Both the position numbers and the translations under genes were made by a program. DNA of 51,728 nucleotides, taken from the NCBI GenBank assembly GCA_050015075.1, contig JBEKCB010000036.1, forward strand, positions 1 to 51,728, read 5' to 3'. Below the pieces are notes generated by a model. The model saw nothing but the letters and a program-made list of their open reading frames with translations. It was not told where the DNA came from and did not search any database. Below, in pieces: positions 28,756-37,170 of this stretch (positions are counted from its first letter, which is position 1; every line of letters starts with the position of its first letter). The DNA is from Candidatus Brocadiia bacterium. Lineage in GTDB: Bacteria > Planctomycetota > Brocadiia > CAIUPP01.

Positions 28756-30309
28756 ATGAAGATAAAAGCTGAGCAGTCGCGGGGCTTCGCTACGAGGAAG
28801 TGGGACGCGGGAGCCGTCCTTGGCGCTCTCTGGTTGGCCGCCCTGTCATGTCTGCCCGTCGCCGGCCAGAACACACCCGAGCCGGTGTCGGGTGCTCAGG
28901 CTCACCAGACGGTGGCATCTGTCACAACGAGCGACGGCAAGGTATTCGCGGACGTGAAAGCCCTGAGGGTCGAAGGCGACAAGGTGCTTCTGAGTTATTC
29001 CGGGGGCGCGGAGTGGGTTGCCCTTAACTCGCTCTCCGATGAAGCGCGAAAGAGCCTGGGCTTGCGCACGCGCGAAGAGCAGGCTTTATTTGAGATGGCC
29101 CTGGGCGCCATGGTCCCCGACTGGCGTGAGGTCAACGCCAACCGCCTGTTCCTGGCTTGGCTTGCGGAGAAGAATGCCGAGGATCCGGTCAGCCGGGCTG
29201 CTCTTATGAGGAAAGCCCTGCAAGAGAGCGATTTCAGGCGGGTGGCCGAAATCATGAACGCTTGGAAGGCGGCTCAAGGGGCGGCGGAGCAGGAGCGTTT
29301 GGCCCGGAAGGAGCGCGAAGATCGCTGGCGCGATGCGGCTATGAGGGACCTCGATAGACCGAGTCACAGGGTCAGTTTCGTAGGGCCGGACGGGACGACC
29401 GTAACGAAGGAATCGTCGGCTCTGACGCCCGAAGAAAGTGCGCTCTACGTAAGGCACTACATCGAGGTGCATGAGGCCATCTGGAGGGAGACCGCTAAGG
29501 AGCCGGCGCGCGGCGAAGAGCACGCGCAGGCTGAGGCTGCGAAGAACTCCACGCAGGATGAGGCCAGCCAGAGATTGGCCGGACCGAATCACGAGGTCAG
29601 CTTCACAGGACCGGACGGGACGACCATAAAAAAAGATTCGTCGGCTCTGACGCCCGAGGAGAGGGCGCTCTACATAAAGCAGTACGCGGCGGCAAAGGAG
29701 GCGTCCGAAGAACACTGGCGGGAAATGGCTGTGAGGAACCTCGATGGACCGAATCACAGGGTCAGCTTCGCAGGGCCCGATGGGACGAACGTAACGAAAG
29801 ATTCGTCGCTGCTGACGCCCGAAGAGCGGACGCTCTATATTAATCATTACGTAGAGTTGAGAGTGGCGGCCGAAGAGCGCCGACGCTGGATGGAAGAGGC
29901 TAGAAAGACCCTCGATGGGCCGAACCATGAGGTCAGCTTCACAGGCCCGGATGGAAAGCGCATAACGAAAGATTCGTCGCTGCTGACGCCCGCGGAGAAG
30001 GCGGCCTACATCAGGCAATACCTGGAGGAGAATGCGCCTTACGCTCAGGAGGCGGTCGCGCGGAGGAATGCGCGCCTAAATTACTTGCGGGATGAGGCTG
30101 CCAATCGCCTCGCAGGGCAGAATCACGCGGTCAGCTTCATAGGTCCGGACGGGAAGCGCATAACGAAAGATTCGTCGCTGCTGACGCCCGCGGAGAGGAC
30201 GCGCTACATAAGCCAGTACGCGGAAGAGCACGCGGCTGCCGGCAATACGCCGGCCACTGCCGCGCCGGCCACGCCCGCGCCAGCCACGCCCGCGCAGCAC
30301 AGCAAGTGA
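28756..30309 (+). CDS. Secreted protein with five ~45-aa internal repeats
   Basis: Signal peptide, small beta-rich N-terminal domain, five NHxVSFxGPDGxxITKDSSxLTPxE repeats and a PATPA tail; start 28702 or 28756. Confidence 0.85.
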   Translation: MKIKAEQSRGFATRKWDAGAVLGALWLAALSCLPVAGQNTPEPVSGAQAHQTVASVTTSDGKVFADVKALRVEGDKVLLSYSGGAEWVALNSLSDEARKSLGLRTREEQALFEMALGAMVPDWREVNANRLFLAWLAEKNAEDPVSRAALMRKALQESDFRRVAEIMNAWKAAQGAAEQERLARKEREDRWRDAAMRDLDRPSHRVSFVGPDGTTVTKESSALTPEESALYVRHYIEVHEAIWRETAKEPARGEEHAQAEAAKNSTQDEASQRLAGPNHEVSFTGPDGTTIKKDSSALTPEERALYIKQYAAAKEASEEHWREMAVRNLDGPNHRVSFAGPDGTNVTKDSSLLTPEERTLYINHYVELRVAAEERRRWMEEARKTLDGPNHEVSFTGPDGKRITKDSSLLTPAEKAAYIRQYLEENAPYAQEAVARRNARLNYLRDEAANRLAGQNHAVSFIGPDGKRITKDSSLLTPAERTRYISQYAEEHAAAGNTPATAAPATPAPATPAQHSK

Positions 30310-30616
30310 AGCACCGACCAAGGCCGACTGAACGGAATTCGGAGACAGATATCCTTTCTTCATAGTCGCAGCCCCTCGAACACCGCCCACTTCATCCGCG
30401 CCTATCGGCGTTGTCAGGAGCGTTAGGAACGTGACCTCTTTCCCGGCCCGGCGCTCCGCGGCTTGCTGGCGCGGCAACGCCGCTCCGTGTAAACTGGGCT
30501 GAAAAGACGGGTAAATGCAAAATCTTTTCGCGGGCCTTGCAGCTCGTAACTGACTTGCCCGGCGCGAGCTGCGACTTCCGCGTGTATGCCTCGTCGTGAA
30601 AAGTGCGACTTGTCAC

Positions 30617-30645
30617 TTGAAATATCAGAAATATTATGGTAGACT
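30617..30645 (+). promoter_or_regulatory. Sigma70 promoter upstream of ettA
   Basis: TTGAAA-N17-TAGACT with TG extension. Confidence 0.55.
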
Positions 30646-30843
30646 ACATTGTTTGATGGTTTGCCGCGCATGAGCAGTCGCAAGATATTTGAGGGGAAGA
30701 AGATAGCGGCTGAAAAGCCATTTGAAAAAACGAATCCAATTTCTCGCAACAGCTTACGCCTTCGTGCTTTATGATAAATTCTTTTCGATTGTCGCAACAC
30801 CTTACGCACTAATGTCTTATGGCAACAACGGAGTCCTTTTCGC

Positions 30844-32529
30844 ATGGGTCAGCAATTCATCTTCACGATGCTTGGCCTGAACAAGTACTACGGCCAGCGG
30901 CAGGTACTCAAGGACATCAACCTCTGCTTCTACCCGGGCGCCAAGATCGGGATTGTGGGCGAGAACGGCTCCGGCAAGTCCACGGTGCTGCGCATCATGT
31001 CCGCCCTGGACCGCGATTTCCAGGGCCAGGCGGAGATCACGCGCGGCTACAAGGCGGGGATCGTTCTGCAGGACCCGCTGCTCGACCCGGCGCTGACCGT
31101 CCGCAAGACGCTCGAGGGCGCGTTCGGCGGGATCATGAAGCTGATTGACGATTACAATGCCGTGGCCGACCGCATGGCAAAACCGCTTTCCGAGGAGCAG
31201 ATGCAGGCGGCCATGGACCGCATGGCCGAGCTGCAGGACAAAATTGACGCGGTGGATGGCTGGAGCCTGGACCGGACGCTCAAGCAGGCCGCCGACGCGC
31301 TGTTCCTGCCCGACGACGAGCGCGTGGTCGGCACGCTCAGCGGCGGCGAGAAGCGCCGCGTGGCGCTCTGCAAGGCGATCCTCGAAAAGCCCGACCTGCT
31401 CCTCCTCGACGAGCCGACCAACCACCTCGACCCCGAGACGGTGGACTGGCTCGAGGAGCAGCTCAAGGAGTATCCCGGCACGGTGATCATCGTCACGCAC
31501 GACCGCTACTTCCTGAACAACGTGACGAAGTGGATCCTGGAACTCGACGCCGGGCGCGGCATTCCTTACGAGGGCAACTACACCGGCTGGCTGGAGCAGA
31601 AGCTCGGCCGGATCGTGTCGGAGGAGCGCCAGAAAGGCGCGAAGGAGCCGCCGCGCGTGCGCGCCTTGCAGCACGAGCTGGCTTGGATCCGCATGAACAG
31701 CAAGCAGCGCAGCGACCTGACGCGCGCTCGGCTGGTGGAGTACGCGCAGATCGTCGCGCGCGAAGCCGGCGCCGTGCGCGACGACGCCTCGTCCATCCAG
31801 ATCGCCCCGGGCCCGGAACTCGGCGACCAGGTGATCGAGCTCAAGGGTGTCTCCAAGCGGTTCGGCGACAAGTCGCTGTTCAACGACCTGGCCCTGCAAG
31901 TGCCCAAAGGCGCCATCATCGGGATCGTCGGGCCCAATGGCACGGGCAAGACGACGTTGCTCAAGCTGATCCTGGGACAGGAGAAGCCGGACGCCGGCGA
32001 GATCAAGGTCGGCCCGACGGTGAAGTTCGCGTACGTCGAGCAGGACGGGGTACTGGAGGGCGAGCACGACGTGCTGATGGAGATCAGCGGCGGCGCGTCG
32101 GAGATCGTCCTGGGCAAGCAGCGGGTCCCCGCGCGCGTGTACGCCTCGCGCTTCGGCTTCAAGGGACAGGACCAGGGCAAGCTGGTCCGCCAGCTTTCCG
32201 GCGGCGAGCGCAACCGCTGCCGGCTGGCCAAGGTTCTGAAGGTCGGCGGCAACGTGCTGCTCCTGGACGAGCCGACGAACGACCTCGACGTCAACACGCT
32301 GCGGATGCTGGAGGAGGCGATCCAGAACTACGCCGGCTCCGCGCTGGTCATCAGCCACGACCGGTTCTTCCTCGACCGCATCAGTACGCACACGCTGGCC
32401 TTCGAGGGCGACGGCGTCGTGCGGTTCTTCCCCGGCCCCTACCAGCAATACGAATCCTGGCGCCGGAAGGAATTCGGCAAGGGGCTGTTCGAGAACCGGA
32501 GAAACCGGTACCGGAAAATCGTCAAGTAG
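30844..32529 (+). CDS. ettA: ABC-F translation factor EttA
   Basis: FIFTM..FYPGAKIG N-terminus, two ABC domains (GENGSGKS, GPNGTGKT, LSGGE, LLDEPTN), no TM segments. Confidence 0.93.
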   Translation: MGQQFIFTMLGLNKYYGQRQVLKDINLCFYPGAKIGIVGENGSGKSTVLRIMSALDRDFQGQAEITRGYKAGIVLQDPLLDPALTVRKTLEGAFGGIMKLIDDYNAVADRMAKPLSEEQMQAAMDRMAELQDKIDAVDGWSLDRTLKQAADALFLPDDERVVGTLSGGEKRRVALCKAILEKPDLLLLDEPTNHLDPETVDWLEEQLKEYPGTVIIVTHDRYFLNNVTKWILELDAGRGIPYEGNYTGWLEQKLGRIVSEERQKGAKEPPRVRALQHELAWIRMNSKQRSDLTRARLVEYAQIVAREAGAVRDDASSIQIAPGPELGDQVIELKGVSKRFGDKSLFNDLALQVPKGAIIGIVGPNGTGKTTLLKLILGQEKPDAGEIKVGPTVKFAYVEQDGVLEGEHDVLMEISGGASEIVLGKQRVPARVYASRFGFKGQDQGKLVRQLSGGERNRCRLAKVLKVGGNVLLLDEPTNDLDVNTLRMLEEAIQNYAGSALVISHDRFFLDRISTHTLAFEGDGVVRFFPGPYQQYESWRRKEFGKGLFENRRNRYRKIVK

Positions 32530-32719
32530 CCGCGCCGCAGAGAGACGCCATGGGCTACGACTGGTCCGATGCGTCACGGACGACCGGCCCAAGCTGCGGT
32601 TTACCGTGAACGGACTTTACGATTCCAGCGCCATCCGGGCACTCTGCATCTGGAAACCCCAGGCTCTAATGGCGCGCCGCGCCTCCGCGCTCTCAGCCTA
32701 CACGTTCAGCTCGATCCGC

Positions 32720-33478
32720 TCAAGTCCCTGGTGTCGCGCGAACTCCTTCGCTTTTCTCGATCACCGCCACGTACCGCCCATTCCTGCCATCGAAGCAGCG
32801 CGCCAGGCGCCAGCCGGTGCCTTTGAGAATTCCGGTCAGTTCCTTCTTCGAGACGAGCAGGTAGTCGAACCACGGCGTCGCATAATCCTTGTACCGAACG
32901 CGAAGGCGAATCTGGCCGCCCATGCGCCCGCAGGCGCGGTTGCGCCGATGATAGGCCAGATGCTTCGGATCCGAAGTCTGATACGGATCGAGCGTGGCGC
33001 CGAGGATACGGGCATTCGGTGTTGTCATGACATGCAACCGTCGCAGGAGAAGCCGCGCCCGTGCGAAGCTGCCGAAGAGGCCGAAGTTGTTGCCGTACAT
33101 GACGACGGTGTCGAACAGTCCGAGCTTCAAGCTGATCCGGTTAAAAGGCAGTACCTTCACCTTCTTGACGCCGCGTGCCTTGCAGACTTTCGCCGCCAGT
33201 GGTGAATTGTCTATTCCCACAACGTCCAGTCCGTGTGACTGGAGATGCAACGCCACGCGGCCTGCTCCGGCGCCTACGTCCAGCACCCGACCGCACGCCA
33301 GATCGAGGGCGTTCTTTTCGTATGCCGCACAGGCCGCGGATTCCGCGAAACAGCCCGTCAAGCCCAGCCCCTCGATGTATCCGTCATCGCGCTCGACGAT
33401 TATCTGCGAGGGTCGGCCTCGAAAATGATCGTAGATTCCCCATCCGAACGCATCTTGCTGCCTGGTCAGCCCTGCCAT
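32720..33478 (-). CDS. Class I SAM-dependent methyltransferase
   Basis: DAFG, ERDDGY, VLDVGAGAG and GNNFG motifs; ATG 33478 after AAGGAGG. Confidence 0.88.
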   Translation of the reverse strand: MAGLTRQQDAFGWGIYDHFRGRPSQIIVERDDGYIEGLGLTGCFAESAACAAYEKNALDLACGRVLDVGAGAGRVALHLQSHGLDVVGIDNSPLAAKVCKARGVKKVKVLPFNRISLKLGLFDTVVMYGNNFGLFGSFARARLLLRRLHVMTTPNARILGATLDPYQTSDPKHLAYHRRNRACGRMGGQIRLRVRYKDYATPWFDYLLVSKKELTGILKGTGWRLARCFDGRNGRYVAVIEKSEGVRATPGT

Positions 33479-33513
33479 GATGATACCCTCCTTCAAAAAG
33501 TGTCCTCCGTCGG

Positions 33514-34266
33514 TCACGGCCTGCGCGCCACAGCCATCAGCCGCCTCGAATGGCGCGTGAAGTGCGGACTCGGCGAATCGTCCAGCCGATTGTGGCCGTA
33601 GAGGCGGATGTCGGCGAAGCCCGCCTGTTCGAGTGTCCGGCGCATCTCTGTTCCGTTGTATATCCGGATACAGTTCGCGCGACTCACCCTCTTACCACGA
33701 TAGCACAGGGTCCAAGTGCCGCGGATACGCCGCTGTTCGGCAATGTAACGAAGCTTCTGCGCGGTCCGAATTCCGCCGATAGTTTGCTCCCCTCGAGGCC
33801 TGAAGTGGCTCAAGATCCACGAGCGGTTCATCGTCTCAATCAGCAACCGGCCGCCGGGCCTGAGCGCTCCATACAGCTTTTTCAGGCAGAGCAAGTTCTC
33901 CTCGTCGGAATAGTACCCAAAGCTGGTGAACCAGTTGAACGCCGCGTCAAACTCCTCGTGGAACTCGATCCGCCGCATGTCCTGCACGAGGAAGCGAACG
34001 TCCAGGCTCTCCGCCTCTGAGCTGCGCCGGGCCTTGTGGATATAGGATTCGGTCAGGTCCACGCCGGTCATCGAAAGCCCGCGCCGTGCCAGCGGAAGCG
34101 TGAGCCGTCCGAAGCCGCAGGGCATATCCAGAACGCGCATTCCCTTTCGAAGGCGCAGCGTGCGCGCTATGACTCGGGCCTGTTCCTCTGACTGCTCCTG
34201 CGTGAACTGCGCGGCCAGCACCCGCCCGTAAAGGTCCGTGAAAAAGCGCTTCGGCCATTCGCTCAT
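33514..34266 (-). CDS. Class I SAM-dependent methyltransferase
   Basis: VLDMPCGFGR, DMR, FTSFGY and LRPGG motifs; ATG 34266 after GGGAGG. Confidence 0.9.
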   Translation of the reverse strand: MSEWPKRFFTDLYGRVLAAQFTQEQSEEQARVIARTLRLRKGMRVLDMPCGFGRLTLPLARRGLSMTGVDLTESYIHKARRSSEAESLDVRFLVQDMRRIEFHEEFDAAFNWFTSFGYYSDEENLLCLKKLYGALRPGGRLLIETMNRSWILSHFRPRGEQTIGGIRTAQKLRYIAEQRRIRGTWTLCYRGKRVSRANCIRIYNGTEMRRTLEQAGFADIRLYGHNRLDDSPSPHFTRHSRRLMAVARRP

Positions 34267-34293
34267 GGGCTGCCTCCCTTGCAGGTTCCCCTT

Positions 34294-34329
34294 AAACAAC
34301 GAAACCCGCGCCTTGTCAGGCAGCGGGTT
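34294..34329 (-). terminator. Conditional intrinsic terminator (attenuator) in the methyltransferase leader
   Basis: Minus strand AACCCGC(T)GCCT-GACA-AGGCGCGGGTT followed by TCGTTGTTT. Confidence 0.6.
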
Positions 34330-34358
34330 CACACTCGAATCGGGCTGTAGTCCGTGGA

Positions 34359-34466
34359 CTACCCGCTGCCCCGGCCATTATAGAGCGGCATAATGGCCGC
34401 GCACGTCACGGAAACCGTGACGGCCATGTCGCTCACACGATGGCGAAGGAAGCGGGAGTTATTCAC
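34359..34466 (-). CDS. Putative 35-aa leader peptide MNNSRFLRHRVSDMAVTVSVTCAAIMPLYNGRGSG
   Basis: GGAGAG RBS, GTG start, TAG stop overlapping the antiterminator arm; too short for the ORF track. Confidence 0.55.
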   Translation of the reverse strand: MNNSRFLRHRVSDMAVTVSVTCAAIMPLYNGRGSG

Positions 34467-34581
34467 GAAATCTCTCCAACGAACCGGACGTACTTGTACA
34501 TCGCAAGACCCGCCATGTCAAGAGCGTACCGCACGTTCTTGCTGAGACGCTTGTCGGAACGGACCCGCCTCACAGGCTCGG

Positions 34582-34611
34582 TTGACCGATTCCCCTGCCG
34601 GCTGGTAACAT
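34582..34611 (+). promoter_or_regulatory. Putative sigma70 promoter of dnaJ
   Basis: TTGACC-N18-TAACAT with TG extension. Confidence 0.45.
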
Positions 34612-34672
34612 AGATAGCGTAATGCCGAACGCCGGTTTCCGAACTTTCACTTCCCGACCTTGACCCAGGCTG

Positions 34673-35794
34673 ATGGCTGAACAGGACTATTACGAGATTC
34701 TGGGCGTGCCGCGCGACGCATCGGCGGATGACCTGAAGAAGGCGTTCCGCAAGGCGGCGCTGAAGCACCACCCTGACCGCAATCCGGGCGATAAGGAGGC
34801 CGAGGGCAAGTTCAAGCTGGCGGCCGAGGCGTACGAGATCCTCAGCGACCCGGAGCAGCGCGCGCGATACGACCGGTTCGGCCGCCAGGGCGTGACGGCG
34901 CACCCCGGCCAGCAGTACACCGGCGTGGACGATATCCTCAGCCACTTTGCGGACCTGTTCGGCGGCGCTTTTTTCGAGGAGATGTTCGGCGGCCGGCGCG
35001 GGCCGCGCCCGGGCACGCACCGGCGCATCCAGATGGAGCTGACGTTCGAGGAGGCCGCGCGCGGCGTCGAGCAGACGATCGAGATCACCCGCAACGAACT
35101 CTGCGGCGAGTGCGGCGGCACCGGGGCCAAGCGCGGAAGCGGGCCGGTGGTCTGCCCGTATTGCCATGGCCACGGCGAGGTGCAGCACCGGCGCGGGTTT
35201 TTCATGATGACGGCCCCGTGCGCGAATTGCCGCGGCACGGGACAGGTGGTGCGCGATCCATGCCCCGCCTGCCGCGGAAACGGCCGGCAGCCGACGCGGG
35301 TGAAGATCCCGCTGCAGATTCCGCCCGGCGTCGCCGACGGCGAGCGGATCGCCTATCGCGGCGGCGGCGATCCGGGCGACGACAGCAGTCATCGCGGCGA
35401 CCTGTACTGCGATATCCGCGTGAAGCCGCACGAGATTTTTTCGCGCGACGGCGACGACGTGATCTGCGAGGTGCCGATCAGTTTCACGCAAGCGGCGCTG
35501 GGCGCGACGATCGAGGTGCCGTCGCTCGACGGCCCGCAGACGCTCCACATCCCGCACGGCACGCAAAGCGGGCGGAGCTTCCGCCTGCACGGACTGGGCT
35601 TCCCGAGCCACAGCGGCCGGACGCGCGGCGGCGAGGAGGTGCGCGTGGTGATCGAGGTCCCGCGTTCGCTCAGCCGCGAGCAGGAGGAGTTGCTCAAGCG
35701 TTTCGCCGAGACGGAGAATTCCAACATCACGCCGAAGCGGAAGTCGTTCTTCGACAAGGCGAGGAAATATCTCGAAGGGCTGACCGGGAAGTGA
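34673..35794 (+). CDS. dnaJ: Chaperone DnaJ
   Basis: [11 protein letters not shown] and four CxxCxGxG motifs. Confidence 0.97.
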   Translation: MAEQDYYEILGVPRDASADDLKKAFRKAALKHHPDRNPGDKEAEGKFKLAAEAYEILSDPEQRARYDRFGRQGVTAHPGQQYTGVDDILSHFADLFGGAFFEEMFGGRRGPRPGTHRRIQMELTFEEAARGVEQTIEITRNELCGECGGTGAKRGSGPVVCPYCHGHGEVQHRRGFFMMTAPCANCRGTGQVVRDPCPACRGNGRQPTRVKIPLQIPPGVADGERIAYRGGGDPGDDSSHRGDLYCDIRVKPHEIFSRDGDDVICEVPISFTQAALGATIEVPSLDGPQTLHIPHGTQSGRSFRLHGLGFPSHSGRTRGGEEVRVVIEVPRSLSREQEELLKRFAETENSNITPKRKSFFDKARKYLEGLTGK

Positions 35795-35806
35795 TGGTCG
35801 CAACCC

Positions 35807-35887
35807 ATCGTGCTCGTCCTCCTCGTCGCCCTCGAATCGCCGTTCTGAGCGGCCGAGGACGACGACGAGGACGAGGACGAGGACGAT
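35807..35887. repeat. Inverted repeat built of GACGAG/CTCGTC hexamers
   Basis: Left arm 35807-35834 is near-complementary to right arm 35854-35887. Confidence 0.75.
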
Positions 35888-35907
35888 TGACATGGAGCGC
35901 ATGAAAC

Positions 35908-36459
35908 ATGACTGATGAGTCGAAAGATCCGCAACCCCAACCGGATGCGCCGAAGTCGGCCACGGACGGAGAACCCGCGGCGCCGACGGCGGAAGAACTG
36001 GCCGAATTGCGACGGAAGGCGGCCGACCACGACCAGTTGATGGACCGGCTCAAGCGCGTTACGGCCGAGTACCTCAACTCGCAGAAACGCCTGGAGCGCC
36101 GCGCTGATGAGCGGGTGGCGTACGCCATCGAGTCCTTCGCGCGCGAGTTGCTGCTGGTGGCCGACGACCTGTGGCGCGCGATCAAGGCCGCGCGCGAGCA
36201 TCAGCCGGACGGGACCGTGTCGGCCGGACTGGAGCTCGTTGAGAAGCACCTGGACATGGTCCTCGCGCGCCATGGCATTCTGCCGATCGAGACGAAGATC
36301 GGCGAGCCGTTCGACAGCAACGGGCACGAGGCGATCTCCGTCGTTCAGACGGACGAGATGGAGCCCGGCCGCGTGGTCGAGGAATTGCAGCGCGGGTTCC
36401 GCCTGCACGGCCGAGTGCTGCGGCCGGCGCGCGTCAGCGTCAGCGCGGCCAAAGGATAA
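35908..36459 (+). CDS. grpE: Nucleotide exchange factor GrpE
   Basis: AEYLNSQKR, FDSNGHEA and RGFRLHGRVLRPARV motifs. Confidence 0.95.
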   Translation: MTDESKDPQPQPDAPKSATDGEPAAPTAEELAELRRKAADHDQLMDRLKRVTAEYLNSQKRLERRADERVAYAIESFARELLLVADDLWRAIKAAREHQPDGTVSAGLELVEKHLDMVLARHGILPIETKIGEPFDSNGHEAISVVQTDEMEPGRVVEELQRGFRLHGRVLRPARVSVSAAKG

Positions 36460-36496
36460 CGCGTTTTTCCGCTTTCCTGCAACGGAGGAGGATTCC

Positions 36497-36793
36497 ATGC
36501 CGACGTATGAGTACGAATGCGATGCGTGCGGTCACCGGTTCGAGGATTTCCAGCAGATGAACGACGCGCCGCTGAAGAGCTGCCCGAAATGCCGCAAGCG
36601 CAAGCTCCGCCGCCTGATCGGCTCCGGCGGGGCGCTGATTTTCAAGGGCACCGGTTTCTACCAGACCGACTATCGCTCGAAACAGTACAGCGCCGACAAG
36701 TCCAAGGCCGAAGCGAGCGCGGCGCCCGCGGCGTGCGACACGAAGAAATGCGACTCGTGCCCGAAGAACACGGGCGCGAAGAACAAAAAATGA
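36497..36793 (+). CDS. FmdB family zinc-ribbon protein
   Basis: MPTYEYECDACGH..CPKC..FKGTGFYQTDY; GGAGG RBS. Confidence 0.92.
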   Translation: MPTYEYECDACGHRFEDFQQMNDAPLKSCPKCRKRKLRRLIGSGGALIFKGTGFYQTDYRSKQYSADKSKAEASAAPAACDTKKCDSCPKNTGAKNKK

Positions 36794-36819
36794 CGGACGA
36801 TACCATTCGGCGATAGAAA

Positions 36820-36996
36820 ATGCCCGTAATCGCCTGCCGCCAATGCCGCAAGGTTCTTCAGTACTGCAAGATCTCCGATCTGCCGTACTTTCCCTTCTGC
36901 AGCGAGCGCTGCAAACTGCTGGACCTCGGCGGCTGGCTCGACGAAAAACACCGGATCCCCGGCGAGCCGAGCCCCGACAAGAAGGAGAACGAGTAG
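36820..36996 (+). CDS. yacG: DNA gyrase inhibitor YacG
   Basis: Manual translation [11 protein letters not shown]...[17 protein letters not shown] (58 aa); absent from the ORF track. Confidence 0.9.
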   Translation: MPVIACRQCRKVLQYCKISDLPYFPFCSERCKLLDLGGWLDEKHRIPGEPSPDKKENE

Positions 36997-37085
36997 GCAG
37001 GATCACGGGAGCGACAGGGTTGCGGCCTCGCAATTCCGCGTCCTCCCGGCCTTGCAATCCTGCCCGGGCAGCGCCGGCAACTCGC

Positions 37086-37115
37086 TTGACATCTCACTCC
37101 CTGCGCCACTATACT
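37086..37115 (+). promoter_or_regulatory. Sigma70 promoter
   Basis: TTGACA-N18-TATACT. Confidence 0.65.
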
Positions 37116-37170
37116 CCGGCGGATGGATGAGGACTCCTTTCGGGCTGGTCCTTTCCGGAGGCAATCGGCC

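Noticed and set aside
29359-30200. CRISPR array or DGR template/variable repeats
   Set aside because: The repeats are in frame with synonymous variation and long coding spacers; no cas or reverse transcriptase gene; no adenine-specific pattern seen.
30844-32529. Antibiotic-resistance ABC-F
   Set aside because: The N-terminal FIFTM/FYPGAKIG signature fits housekeeping EttA.
34267-34490. Known SAM riboswitch upstream of the methyltransferases
   Set aside because: No SAM-I or SAM-II core motif recognised by eye; the uORF/antiterminator layout explains the structure better. An Rfam scan would settle it.
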